Of a DNA stretch of 64,000 nucleotides, positions 1 to 10,598 are shown piece by piece. A program made the translations under genes and the position numbers. The notes below the pieces were generated by a model. That model was not told the DNA's origin, did no database searches, and saw only the letters and a program-made list of their open reading frames with translations. The DNA comes from Trypanosoma brucei (taxonomy: Eukaryota). Every line of letters begins with the position of its first letter. The stretch's first letter is position 1. The stretch lies in assembly GCA_000002445.1 (NCBI GenBank), contig CP000068.1, forward strand, positions 320,001-384,000, in the 5' to 3' direction.

Positions 1-948
1 GCGAAGATGCTTCGTTTGGAGGGGGGGGGGGGCGAAATGGGTGTTTTTGTCGCTTTCCCGACATGATGGTACTACCGGGTGCTGATTCTCCGATGTTTAG
101 CCGGCGTGTGGCGGGCTTCACTCAACGAAGCATAGAAGGGAAGGGAGGTACCGCCAGTCTCCCTGTGCAATGGGGTGTGGGCGCTTTTTGATTGGAGGGC
201 CGTGAACAGGGTTGCATCTGAAGGGGGCAGGCGGAGGCGCTTCCTAAATGTTTTTTGTTCCCGATTGTGTTGTTCGTTGCCTTCTGCCTGGTGAGATGGA
301 TTACGGGGTGCAGTCTTAGTGCAGATGTAGTTCGTTTTAGATAAACTTTGCTGTTTTTATGGTTGACTTTTACTCTGTTTGCCACGCAATGGCACTGGAA
401 TTCCGTGTTTTTCTTCGGGTGTGTGTGTATGCATGCCCTCGTGAGCGTTTCAGGACCAGTGAGCTGATAGTCGCTGCGTGGAATGTGTTTATTTTGGTCA
501 TTGTCAATGACCACTGTTGAGGGGGCATTGGTGAGACAGTGGGCATGCCTTTGTCATGGAGAATGCAACTGGGGTGGTGGTTATATGTCTTTGCTCAAGT
601 ATGTACATATTTCCATCAATCCCCTTTCATTCAGTTTTAGGGGAATGTTGTTAACTGATTCTTTGCTCGGGTTAAAGGGCGAGTGTGTTACAGAGTTACT
701 CCACTTTGTTAAGGTCACGCTTGATACGGGGCCAACATGTGTGTGCGTACGTAACTGTTCTTCATCTTCTTAATGTTGTGCTTTGTCGCTCTCGTTTCGT
801 TGACTTTCTGAATAAAGCAGCCTTCATATTGCAACAACCTCCTGGTAAAGGAGTTCGTCTTAACACATTTTTCTCGGTTTCGGCCATATTTAGCTGGGTG
901 AAACGATAAATCACTGTACGCCCTCCTTCTCGCTGAGGGTGCGAAGAG

Positions 949-1617
949 ATGAAACGCGTTGGGACTCTTGAGGAATACACAAAAGTGAAGAGGGACGCCA
1001 ATGGACTTGGGCTTGTGGTACACTTTAGTGCCAGTTGGTGTGAACCCTGCAAGGGTGTGACAGAGGCGTTGGAACGCTTCTCAGAACTATACAAAGGTTC
1101 TGTTGAGTTCGTGGAGGTTGATAGTGAAGCTTTGGGCAGTATCTGTGAAGCGGAAGCCGTCGATTGCGTTCCGTATATTGCATTCTTCAGAACTTCTGGG
1201 GACGGTAAGGGGCAAGAGAGGGTTGCTGATGTCGTTGGAGGAAAGCTTGACCAAATCGAACAAAATATGTTGTCGCTTTATGGTGACGGAACGGATGGGA
1301 GGGGATCATTTTCAGATTTACAATCATACTTAAAGTACCTCACCAGTCGGAAAGGTGTTGTGGCATTTATAACCGGCACACCGTCGAGGCCTCGGTGCGG
1401 TTTCACTGTGAAGCTTATCCAGTTACTCGATGACCTTCATGTGAAGTACGTTTATTATGACGTCTGGGCCAGTGACGAGGTTTGTGAAGGACTCAAGAAG
1501 TATTCAGAGTGGCCTACTTTCCCGCAAGTATATGCCGATGGTGAGTTTATTGGTGGGTATGATATTTGTGCTGAGCTGAATGCGTCCGGGGAGTTGAAAT
1601 CTGCTCTGAAGCTATGA
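949..1617 (+). CDS. Thioredoxin-domain / monothiol glutaredoxin fusion protein (PICOT/Grx3-like, 1-C-Grx type)
   Basis: The N-terminal part has a thioredoxin-like 'WCEPC' motif. The C-terminal half is a textbook monothiol glutaredoxin domain ('CGFT' active site, '...WPTFPQVYADGEFIGGYDIC...'). The ATG follows a pyrimidine-rich tract. Confidence 0.8.
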   Translation: MKRVGTLEEYTKVKRDANGLGLVVHFSASWCEPCKGVTEALERFSELYKGSVEFVEVDSEALGSICEAEAVDCVPYIAFFRTSGDGKGQERVADVVGGKLDQIEQNMLSLYGDGTDGRGSFSDLQSYLKYLTSRKGVVAFITGTPSRPRCGFTVKLIQLLDDLHVKYVYYDVWASDEVCEGLKKYSEWPTFPQVYADGEFIGGYDICAELNASGELKSALKL

Positions 1618-3098
1618 TCATTTAGTAGTACAGGGTCTTTGTGTGGTTGAGAGTGTTAAAGAGAAGGAGGTTGATGAATGGGAAGAATGACGTAAAGTGG
1701 ATGAAGGGAGATATGATACTCGGCTGTCCCAGCGGTGATGCATGACCGAGAATTTTAACACAAGCGTTACCGACTAACGCAACGGAAATCTTAATTTTGG
1801 GTTGGGGTATACATTGAGTCTCATCAACATGACACGCCGTTTGATTCTTCCTTGCTTCAACCTGTTAAAGTCCTGTATTAACAGAGCCTCCTTGTGTGTC
1901 CTTCTCGGGGCCAACATTTCCCACCTACGTGAGCGACCGGCACACTTTTTGTGGCCATTGAAAAGTTCCATAGGCGTGCCTTATTATCTGTTTATTTTTT
2001 GGAGTGGTTTGATTTAAGACGCATTAGTTGGCACCCGGTGAAAGGGTTACAGAATTTAGGAGCTCGATGGTGAAGCACGATGCCTGTTGAAGTCTTAATT
2101 TCTATCCCTATCGGAACAACCTGGATATCTGGGTGTTGCTTTGCTGCCCAGCGAGAGTTTTGTCATTTGAGGCCTAAAGTAGGTACTCTCAGTCCTTTTT
2201 CTCTTCCACGGTAGCCCCTCTCAAACATCCTGCCCAGGGTTGGGTGAGTTGCTTCATCATTTTGGTTTAATTTTTTTTACAGTAGTTGGAACCAAGAAGC
2301 CGTCACTCGTGAAGTAACTTCGCTTGGACCTCACTTGCGGATCGTGGGGTTATATGTAGTTATTTTTGTGTTAGTGAAGCTGATCATTTAGCGGTGCGAG
2401 TATGGGTGCACGCATTCGCAGCGGATATGTCGTTTGCTGCCTTCGTGACATTCCCTGATCGAAGGACAGAAATTCTGCTTAGACCTTTGTCGGTATTTTA
2501 TATAGGGAATGGCGCCTGAGGTGTCTTGAATGTTGCCGTACTGTGGATAGCACAACGTGGTATAAAACTTCACAGTTCAGGTTGCTCTCCCTTTTTTTGA
2601 TGCAACCGCAGGTGGATAACGGCAGCCGAGTTGGGTACCGGTTATGCGTATCTTTCAGTCCACTACTTCCATGCGCATTTTTCCGCTTCGGTTGGATCTG
2701 TCTCACCAGATTCGGATCTGTGTTGAAGGTGCCGCTATTTGGTTGTCCAGACATGGTCGGGTGAGAGTGCGTCATCCAGTGCTTTGGTATGGCGGGTTCT
2801 TTGGCAAGCGGGAAGATTGGGAGTTTATCCGCCTTGTGTTTGACGGGGACTTCCTTTTATTTTCTTTGTATAGTATGCTAACGGTTCTACAATTCCATGG
2901 TATCGATAAGTTAATGATGAAGTGACCCACCTGTTAACACGCGCAAAATTGTAGGAAAACCTTTTATGTTTTTACTATTAGCATTCCAGTATACCTATTT
3001 CTTTCTTCCTACTTTGTTCCCTCCCCTTACCTTCGGTGTCTGTACAAACCTTCAAAGAGAAAAAAGAAACACAACAGAGAATTGTCCGTTTCAAGTCA

Positions 3099-4106
3099 AT
3101 GCGACCTCTGGACGTGTTGCTGAATGGGTTGCGCGGGCTGTGTACCGCCATTAAGGAAACACCCCTCTTCATATGGGTGTACCTTTCTATACTGGGCGTG
3201 GTGGCTCGGAAGCTGACGTACCGTTTTGGTCTTACGACTAAAAGCAAAAAGATAGGAAAACACGTCATCCGCGTTACGGATGCGGAAGAAACCCTTTCAG
3301 AGGATGTAATGGACGTGGAAGAAATTAATGCGACATTTGACGACGTGGGGGGTCTGGAAGATGTGAAAAAGGCACTAATTGAACACGTGAAGTGGCCGTT
3401 TACCCGCCCGGAACTATTTGAGGGAAACACGCTGAGGTCGCATCCCAAGGGAATCCTTCTCTACGGTCCGCCAGGGACGGGAAAGACTCTCATTGCTCGC
3501 GCTTTGGCCAGGGAACTTGGTTGTGCATTTATTAACGTGAGGACTGAATCTCTTTTCTCTAAATGGGTTGGAGACACGGAAAAAAATGCTGCGGCCGTAT
3601 TCACGCTTGCAGCCAAGCTGTCTCCTTGCGTGATTTTCGTCGACGAGATAGATGCCCTTCTTGGGTTAAGAAATTCTGTGGATGCCGCCCCGCATAACAA
3701 CGCGAAGACAATTTTCATGACACACTGGGACGGTGTAGTCCAGAAAAAGTCAAAGATTGTTGTCATAGGGGCAACGAACCGGCCTTTGGCTATTGATGAA
3801 GCCATACGTAGGCGACTGCCGCTCCAGCTGGAGGTACCACCACCGGATATTACTGGGCGGAGGAAGATCTTAAATATTCTGATGGAACATGATGTGGCGG
3901 ACGAGTCGAACCGTAGCCGACTCGTGGACTATGTCGCGTCGAAGACATTTGGGTACACCGGGTCTGATTTAACTGAACTGTGCAAAGCCGCCGCATTAAT
4001 GCCTATCCGGGAAATAGGCTGCGACAACGAACTACCCTGCTTGGAATGTCGCCACTTTGACGAGGCCCTCAAGCGGGTCCGGCCTTCGATGGCATCAAGC
4101 GTTTGA
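3099..4106 (+). CDS. AAA-family ATPase with N-terminal membrane anchor (Msp1/ATAD1-like)
   Basis: Walker A 'GPPGTGKT', Walker B 'IFVDEID' and a second region of homology are present. A hydrophobic N-terminal segment ('LFIWVYLSILGVVA') precedes a single AAA module, and the size of about 335-356 aa fits Msp1/ATAD1. The six-frame ORF begins at 3036, but 2966-3060 is a polypyrimidine tract, so the Met at 3099 is the more likely start. Confidence 0.75.
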   Translation: MRPLDVLLNGLRGLCTAIKETPLFIWVYLSILGVVARKLTYRFGLTTKSKKIGKHVIRVTDAEETLSEDVMDVEEINATFDDVGGLEDVKKALIEHVKWPFTRPELFEGNTLRSHPKGILLYGPPGTGKTLIARALARELGCAFINVRTESLFSKWVGDTEKNAAAVFTLAAKLSPCVIFVDEIDALLGLRNSVDAAPHNNAKTIFMTHWDGVVQKKSKIVVIGATNRPLAIDEAIRRRLPLQLEVPPPDITGRRKILNILMEHDVADESNRSRLVDYVASKTFGYTGSDLTELCKAAALMPIREIGCDNELPCLECRHFDEALKRVRPSMASSV

Positions 4107-4194
4107 AAAAAAATCTACACCCTACTTCTGTTAATAAAAGAGTTTGTGCTGTTGTTTCCTCTTTTGTGTTCATCTATTGAGCTTTAAAAATTTA

Positions 4195-4215
4195 CTAACC
4201 CTAACCCTAACCCTG
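4195..4215. repeat. Interstitial telomere-like hexamer tract (CCCTAA)3
   Basis: 'ctaaccctaaccctaaccctg' sits 8-28 nt upstream of the ATG of ORF 4223. Confidence 0.9.
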
Positions 4216-4222
4216 AAAAAGG

Positions 4223-4795
4223 ATGGCTGTACAACCGGGAAAGGTGTTGGCTGAGCAGTTCAGCAGACAGGGTATACAGTACGAGGAGTCAACCGACGTT
4301 CTTTGGTGTTCATTGTGCACTAAAGCAGACAGTTTGGAGATCATTAGCAGAGCAACGGTTGAGGATGTGCTAGAGCACTGTCGGTTAAGACAACACCTAC
4401 TTCTAATGGAAAAAGAAACTGTGAAAGAGCACTATTGCCCCGTGGAGATAAATGGCCGCAGTTTTCTTTTGGACCATAACTGCGTTTATCCAAGCACTAT
4501 GTTCGGAAAAGGAAGGATGCTACTGGACGATACACTGGGATGTGTAATGACCGAGGATGTATGCGGCGGTGTAAAGTTGCTTCCCCGTCATAAGTACACT
4601 GTTGTCGAGATTGTTATACCTCCAGCAGGTACCCCGATACCGAAGGATCCATCATATTACGTTGAGAGGCCGGTCCGTTCCCGGAAGTGCCATGAAAAAT
4701 TTGACAGCTGGATTCAGGTACATAACTCCTCGGTAGAAGGTGAGTCAGCCTTGATGAAGCGTCGGCGGATCGCATTCTCCCAGCTGAACATGTAG
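4223..4795 (+). CDS. hypothetical protein (190 aa)
   Basis: Clean + strand ORF in the co-directional array. No motif recognised. It sits immediately downstream of a (CCCTAA)3 tract. Confidence 0.4.
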   Translation: MAVQPGKVLAEQFSRQGIQYEESTDVLWCSLCTKADSLEIISRATVEDVLEHCRLRQHLLLMEKETVKEHYCPVEINGRSFLLDHNCVYPSTMFGKGRMLLDDTLGCVMTEDVCGGVKLLPRHKYTVVEIVIPPAGTPIPKDPSYYVERPVRSRKCHEKFDSWIQVHNSSVEGESALMKRRRIAFSQLNM

Positions 4796-4928
4796 GTGAC
4801 CTAAAGTGGATCCAGTGCATGGGTGTTGGGCTGCTAACAACGAACACTGAAGAAGAATTTTGTTTTATCCTACACTGTTATTTTATGCGCGTTACTGTCT
4901 TGAATTTGTTCACATGCTTATTCCTCAG

Positions 4929-4945
4929 TTTTTTTTTTTTTTTTT
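4929..4945 (+). promoter_or_regulatory. Poly(T)17 polypyrimidine tract, putative trans-splicing signal for the gene at 5019
   Basis: 'cagttttttttttttttttttgagg' lies about 75 nt upstream of the ATG. In trypanosomatids a poly-Y tract followed by AG directs spliced-leader addition (established knowledge). Confidence 0.5.
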
Positions 4946-5018
4946 GAGGCGCAGTGGCAGTATATGTATATACGGTTGTGCTACCTCTGCTCTATTTCTT
5001 CTGTTAAAGCGGTGAGGG

Positions 5019-5936
5019 ATGAAGCGTTTGTTGGACAGCGCGAAGCATCTTCTTAGAGGTGGGAGCCTGGGGTATCTAGCATCTGGTGAGCCTTACCACC
5101 CCTTTGGAGAAGACTTTGGACTAACTGTTTTCCCCGATTATATTCAGCTGAGGGAAAAATTGGCACTACGGAGTGGTTACGTAGATGTGTATACCCAGCG
5201 CTCAGCATCGATTAAGCTCAGTGATGGACGGTTTCAGCTGCCGCCACTACCGAAGCATTCGTTTCTTCCGCTTGTCGAGCGCCTGGAACAGGATGGGATT
5301 GTGCCGCGCGGGTGGCTGAATAACCAAACAGCAAATCTTTACGAGCCAGAGGACTTTATTAGGGCACATATCGATAATCTCTTCGTATATGATGATATAT
5401 TCGCCGTAATATCTCTTGGCGCAAACGCTCTTTTGAGGTTTGTACACGTGCAGAATGGCGAAGAATTGGATGTAGTAATACCAGACGGAAGTGTTTACAT
5501 TATGTCCGGTCCATCTCGGTATGTCTACTTCCACATGGTTCTTCCAGTTGAGGCCCAACGAGTGAGCATTGTGTTCAGGCGTTCTATTTTGAACTCTGAT
5601 GGAGGATTTCGTCCTGTGTCTACACCATTGGGGGATCTAATGCCTTACAGGTCAACTCAAATATTGAACACGTTGTACGCAAAGCAGATAGGAGGTGTTC
5701 GCGTAGCAGTTGACGACAAATACCTGGAAAAGGAGGAAATTGGGGCCTTTGACACTGGGAAGTGGGTTAAGGGCCTACACCCGTTGCGGGACTGGACATT
5801 GTTATCACAGCTGGATGAGGACGAGGCCCGAGTTCTGGAGTTGCGGGAGAAGCGCTACCTAGACGTGGACCTCAGTTGGAGGTTCACGGAGTTGAGGAAG
5901 CGATACAAGGAACTGGAGGACATGTTGCGTGTTTAG
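5019..5936 (+). CDS. AlkB-like 2-oxoglutarate/Fe(II)-dependent dioxygenase (ALKBH family)
   Basis: Motifs appear in the canonical order: 'NLYEPEDFIRAHIDN' (N-x-Y ... H-x-D), 'DGSVYIMSGPSRYVYFHMV' (second His) and 'RVSIVFRR' (R-x-S-x-x-F-R 2OG-binding motif). A T17 polypyrimidine tract lies upstream at 4929-4945. Confidence 0.65.
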   Translation: MKRLLDSAKHLLRGGSLGYLASGEPYHPFGEDFGLTVFPDYIQLREKLALRSGYVDVYTQRSASIKLSDGRFQLPPLPKHSFLPLVERLEQDGIVPRGWLNNQTANLYEPEDFIRAHIDNLFVYDDIFAVISLGANALLRFVHVQNGEELDVVIPDGSVYIMSGPSRYVYFHMVLPVEAQRVSIVFRRSILNSDGGFRPVSTPLGDLMPYRSTQILNTLYAKQIGGVRVAVDDKYLEKEEIGAFDTGKWVKGLHPLRDWTLLSQLDEDEARVLELREKRYLDVDLSWRFTELRKRYKELEDMLRV

Positions 5937-6378
5937 TTAGCGCATTTGTGCAAGGGCCCTATGTGCGGTACTAGTTTCCCAGTGCAGTTAGTACAACTCC
6001 TCTCTTTTTTGTTTACTGGGGATAGACGGTCTCCTGGAGGCTCTAGGGGCATTCAGGAGACGGCATTAAAACGAACAGACAGACAAACTTGTTCCCCTCC
6101 CGTAGGAAACGACAACGTTGACTTCGCTTATCGTAATGCGTACTGACGCTTCCGTTGCATCCGCAACTGCAATTGTATAAGGTCGGCGGTCGCGCTGCTT
6201 GAGGCGGCCGCACAAGAATTCCCCAGAGTGGCGGTTCACATATGTCGTCCACCCGGTTTACATATATATATATATATATATTCTTGTGTACATATTGTTG
6301 CTGTCCTTTCTTTTTTTTTGTTTCACTGGATGAAAGGCGCCAGGAACTATAACAGTAACTCCCTGCTTCAAGATTGGG

Positions 6379-6969
6379 ATGGATGAAAGCAACAGGGTGC
6401 CGACGGGGGAAGCTCCTTCGGACGAACCTCCTTTGAAAGTTAGGCGCCATGAGGGAGGCCACGGTGAACTGCGGGAGACCAGCAGTGGGGATACCAATCC
6501 TCAAGGAGCCACGCTTTTTATTCGCTGTACCTCAATCCACGGGCGGGGGGAGTTATTAAATGGATTCATTTCGGAGCACCGGGAGGCTCTCGGGGTGGCG
6601 AAGTGGTATAACGTTGCAGGCGATGAGTCTGACGGTCGATGCGTCCCCACTCTCCGAACCGACGCTCCTTTTGAGTGTGTTTACGTGAGGTCATCGCGGA
6701 AGCCGTACTTCCTCCTCGAGTTTAATGAAAAGGGTGATGTCGCTAAGAAGTTCGTGGAGAAACTTGTTGGGCTTCGAAATACACTGTACAAAGGGAGTCC
6801 CGTATTTGTGGAGGTGGCAAAAGGTGGTTTGACAGTGGCTACTGAGCGTCTGAAGCTGGAAAAGCGAGATGCAGCGAGGCGCTCGGCTACAGCAGTGCCA
6901 CTTTCGTTTTCATCCGATAAGCCCACTGGGCCGACAGCGTTTGTTCCGCGTGCTGTGCGAAAAAGATAA
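6379..6969 (+). CDS. hypothetical protein (196 aa)
   Basis: + strand ORF of plausible composition. No recognisable domain. Overlapping alternative-frame ORFs (6043..6504 -, 6869..7432 +) look spurious. Confidence 0.35.
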   Translation: MDESNRVPTGEAPSDEPPLKVRRHEGGHGELRETSSGDTNPQGATLFIRCTSIHGRGELLNGFISEHREALGVAKWYNVAGDESDGRCVPTLRTDAPFECVYVRSSRKPYFLLEFNEKGDVAKKFVEKLVGLRNTLYKGSPVFVEVAKGGLTVATERLKLEKRDAARRSATAVPLSFSSDKPTGPTAFVPRAVRKR

Positions 6970-8220
6970 GACGGAGTTAAGGCTCTTGTTGTTTAGCATG
7001 TTCAGCGGAGCGGCAGGCGCAGCCGCAACAAAGCGAAGGAAAAAATGGAGCTGCAGGAGGTTCGCCATAGCCGATGGGGCGAAGTTAAAAGCTTTGATTC
7101 CTGGCGGCACTGTTCATCCACCCTTTTCTTTCCTGTTGGCATCCTCTGGCTTTGGGCGCTTGACATATTTCCCTCAAGGAGGGTGGTGGGTTGGATGCCT
7201 TAATGTTGTTTCGCTCGTACTCGGTATAACACTGCTTCGACGCTACTGTAATAGGAAAGAGCTGTTGCGTGTTCCCCTGGCGTGGGACCGCCAGTATGAG
7301 GTTTTGCGTTGTTCGTACCAGTATTTTTTATACCCGAAAAGGTCGCTGATGCTCTCGCCCTCATTTGCAGGAATCACCTCTTTAGTAGGCGTTAAGAGGT
7401 TAACGACGAGGCGGTTCATCCTCCATGTGTGATGCTGCTTGAAATGAAAACAGAATAGCTGGTTTGTGTTCAGGTGTATGCGCCTTTGGAGCCAGCTGTT
7501 GATGTGATTTGAAGGAAGTGGCTGGACAGAATATGCATTGCCGGGCCACTTAGTTTCTTGAGCCTAATAACGTAACTAGCTGTGCAGACACACTCTCCGC
7601 ACTTACTCTCACTGTCCGGTGTGGCGGAGCGCGCACTCTTGCCCCCTCTTCGTGGCTTGACATTCACTCCTGGGGTGGTTATTCTGGGCAAGCGGCGGAC
7701 CAACACCTTCATTTGGCTCCTCACACGCCGCGAAAGTGCTTTACGGATACGTTTGGAACGCCGAGGCGCAGCTTCCTCCCGCAGTTACTGGCGCTGTTTG
7801 GTAGGAATTACGTGGGTGAGCGGCTGCGACGCCCCTGCACAGAACGGTGGTTACCTGACGGATCAATCGACCCACGATCAAAGGAGATGATCCGATGGCG
7901 TTCCATCTTTTCTGGAAGACAGGATCACGGCAGGTTGGAGGCGAATCAATTGTGGGGATCGTTTTTATGGTATAAATCTAGTGCGGTGCGGTGTAGCACG
8001 ACGTGGGATGTGAGATTTCTTCCGTGTTGTTTGCTTCACAAATTTTAGCTCCTCTCTACTACACCTTCGTGTTTTCTATTTAAACACCCACATTTCCGCG
8101 TGCCATTTTTTTTTAGATTTAGTGAAGGTTTAAGCAAGATAAGCGCACCCCTAAAGCGAAGGTATTAAACGGTATCCATATCTATACATAGATATATACA
8201 TATATATATATCAGGCGTAG

Positions 8221-8697
<477 letters not shown>

Positions 8698-10140
8698 GGA
8701 GGGAGCAGGGTGAACGAGGCAGATGTGATAAGAAATGATCTTCAGCCGGAAACCGAATAAACGAAAAGAACAACAATCAAAAAGAAAGAAACAACGGAGG
8801 AGACAAAGTTTCAAAGCAAAACAAGAGGTGAAGATGAAAGAGAAGACCACTTGGAGTATATGTAGGGGGAGAGGAGGGACCAAAGAGAAGAAGGAACGGT
8901 GCTTAGCAAGCAGACGAAGAAAGATGAAAGAGATGAAGTACCCACGGTAGTGGGGCCTGCAGTAAAAGACAAAAAGAAAGGGGGAGGGAAAGGAGTCGCA
9001 GTTACTTCCAGCTGAGAAGTGTGTGGTGTCGCATGTGGGAGCGCCGGCGTCGAAGGAAGAGAGGAGGCTTAGAAGAGGGAAGGGAAAGGGGAAAATAATA
9101 AAAGACTGCGCAGGCGATTGGGTCTTGACAAACTGTGCTAAAAACTCAGGGGCTCAGAAGGGACCCCACCCTCCCTTTTTGGCTGTCAGCTCTCTGTGAG
9201 GAACAAAGAATAAAATAGCAGAGCTGAAGTGTGACCGCGGGGAAGGGGGGGAGGGGTGGGAAGGGAGCGATATGAAGAAGAGGAGAGAGGTACTGAAGAA
9301 ACGGGAAAGAAAACTCCAACGGTACGGCAATAATAATAGTACAGAAGAACATTCAACAAAAAAAACAAAAGCAAAGAGACACCAATAACACCTGATAGAA
9401 AAATGATTAGGTCTAACCCTGCAAGCAATGAAAATCCATCACCTTACTACACAGGTATTGCGTAAGATCGGAGGGGAGAAATTATTTGAGGACCGTGACG
9501 ACATGCATGAAAGAGAGTGTAATAGTGTCGTACGACACCTTCTCTTCTCTTCACTGATCAATGTGGTTCGCATGAGGTGTACGAGTAGTTGGCGTGCCGC
9601 AGTGTGGCGAAGTGTGGTGGGGAGGCACGGAAAGGGGATGAATGAACCGAAAGAAATTGAAGGGCTGTTGAGCGACGGATGCAACCCAATTTCAAATTGT
9701 GGTGGTCGTAGAGGTGCGGGAAGCAATTGAAAAAAAGTAATGAATGCATCGACACGCCAAAGACGAACGAGGGCTACGTTTCGCTCAATAAAATTGCTAA
9801 CATATATGCACATGTATGCGCGCAATACCTTTGTGTACTTTTTACGTATTGAAAAGAACAGTGTGTTGAAGGAAATGAAAAGAAAATAATCCCCTTTCCG
9901 TGTTTTGTGGACAATTTATGTAATATTTTCCCTTTAAAAGAGTTGTTTTTGCAAATGGGGTTATGGTGTTTATGAGGGCTGTGCGTGGACCCCACCTTCA
10001 TCTTCATCCCTGCGCTTTCCGTCTTGCAGTCTTTGCCCAACCTGTAGCGTGGGTTTCATCTCTCACCGTTACAAGAGGAGAGGGGAAGGCAAACAGAGGC
10101 GTTTGTGGCCATCTCATATCTTGTTGCTTTGTCGCTTCTT

Positions 10141-10174
10141 ATATATATATATATATATATGCATATATATATTT
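10141..10174. repeat. (AT)10 gc (AT)6 microsatellite
   Basis: 'atatatatatatatatatatgcatatatatat'. Confidence 0.9.
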
Positions 10175-10598
10175 TCCTTTCGATAAACAGGACGCCTCCC
10201 TCCACTTCTTTTGTTTTTTTTTTTGCCCTGCCGCGCTCGGTGTGGCAGTTTGATGTCTTGTTGTGTTCTGCAGTTCGCGCGGATATGTGTCCCCACGTTA
10301 TGTGAGCGGGCCGATCTTATTTTTTTCCCTTTTCCAGCTTTCTTTCCCCCTTCCTTGTGCTCGATTCTGCGTGTCTCGTGTCTGGCGATAAAGGGTAGCA
10401 AAACGGGCTCACCAAATCGAAGCGCCGCACTGAGGTCACTGCAGGGCGGGGGCTTGTGTTGTGCGGTCCGCCCATACAAGTGTTTGTGGGTTTACGGTTC
10501 GCTGGGGCAGTACAAGTAGTACCGGCACCGCTGCCATTGTCCCTGTCAGTTGTAGCGAAGAAGGAGGAGGGTAAAATATATAATAGCAACACAAGAAA

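Noticed and set aside
483-1094. Cluster of short overlapping ORFs on both strands upstream of the glutaredoxin gene
   Set aside because: They overlap each other in multiple frames, have no motifs and lie in what is most likely 5'UTR or intergenic sequence.
6869-7432. 187-aa + strand ORF overlapping the end of ORF 6379..6969
   Set aside because: It overlaps the preferred ORF in another frame, has a hydrophobic low-complexity composition and no motif. It was kept out of the feature list, although a short membrane protein cannot be excluded.
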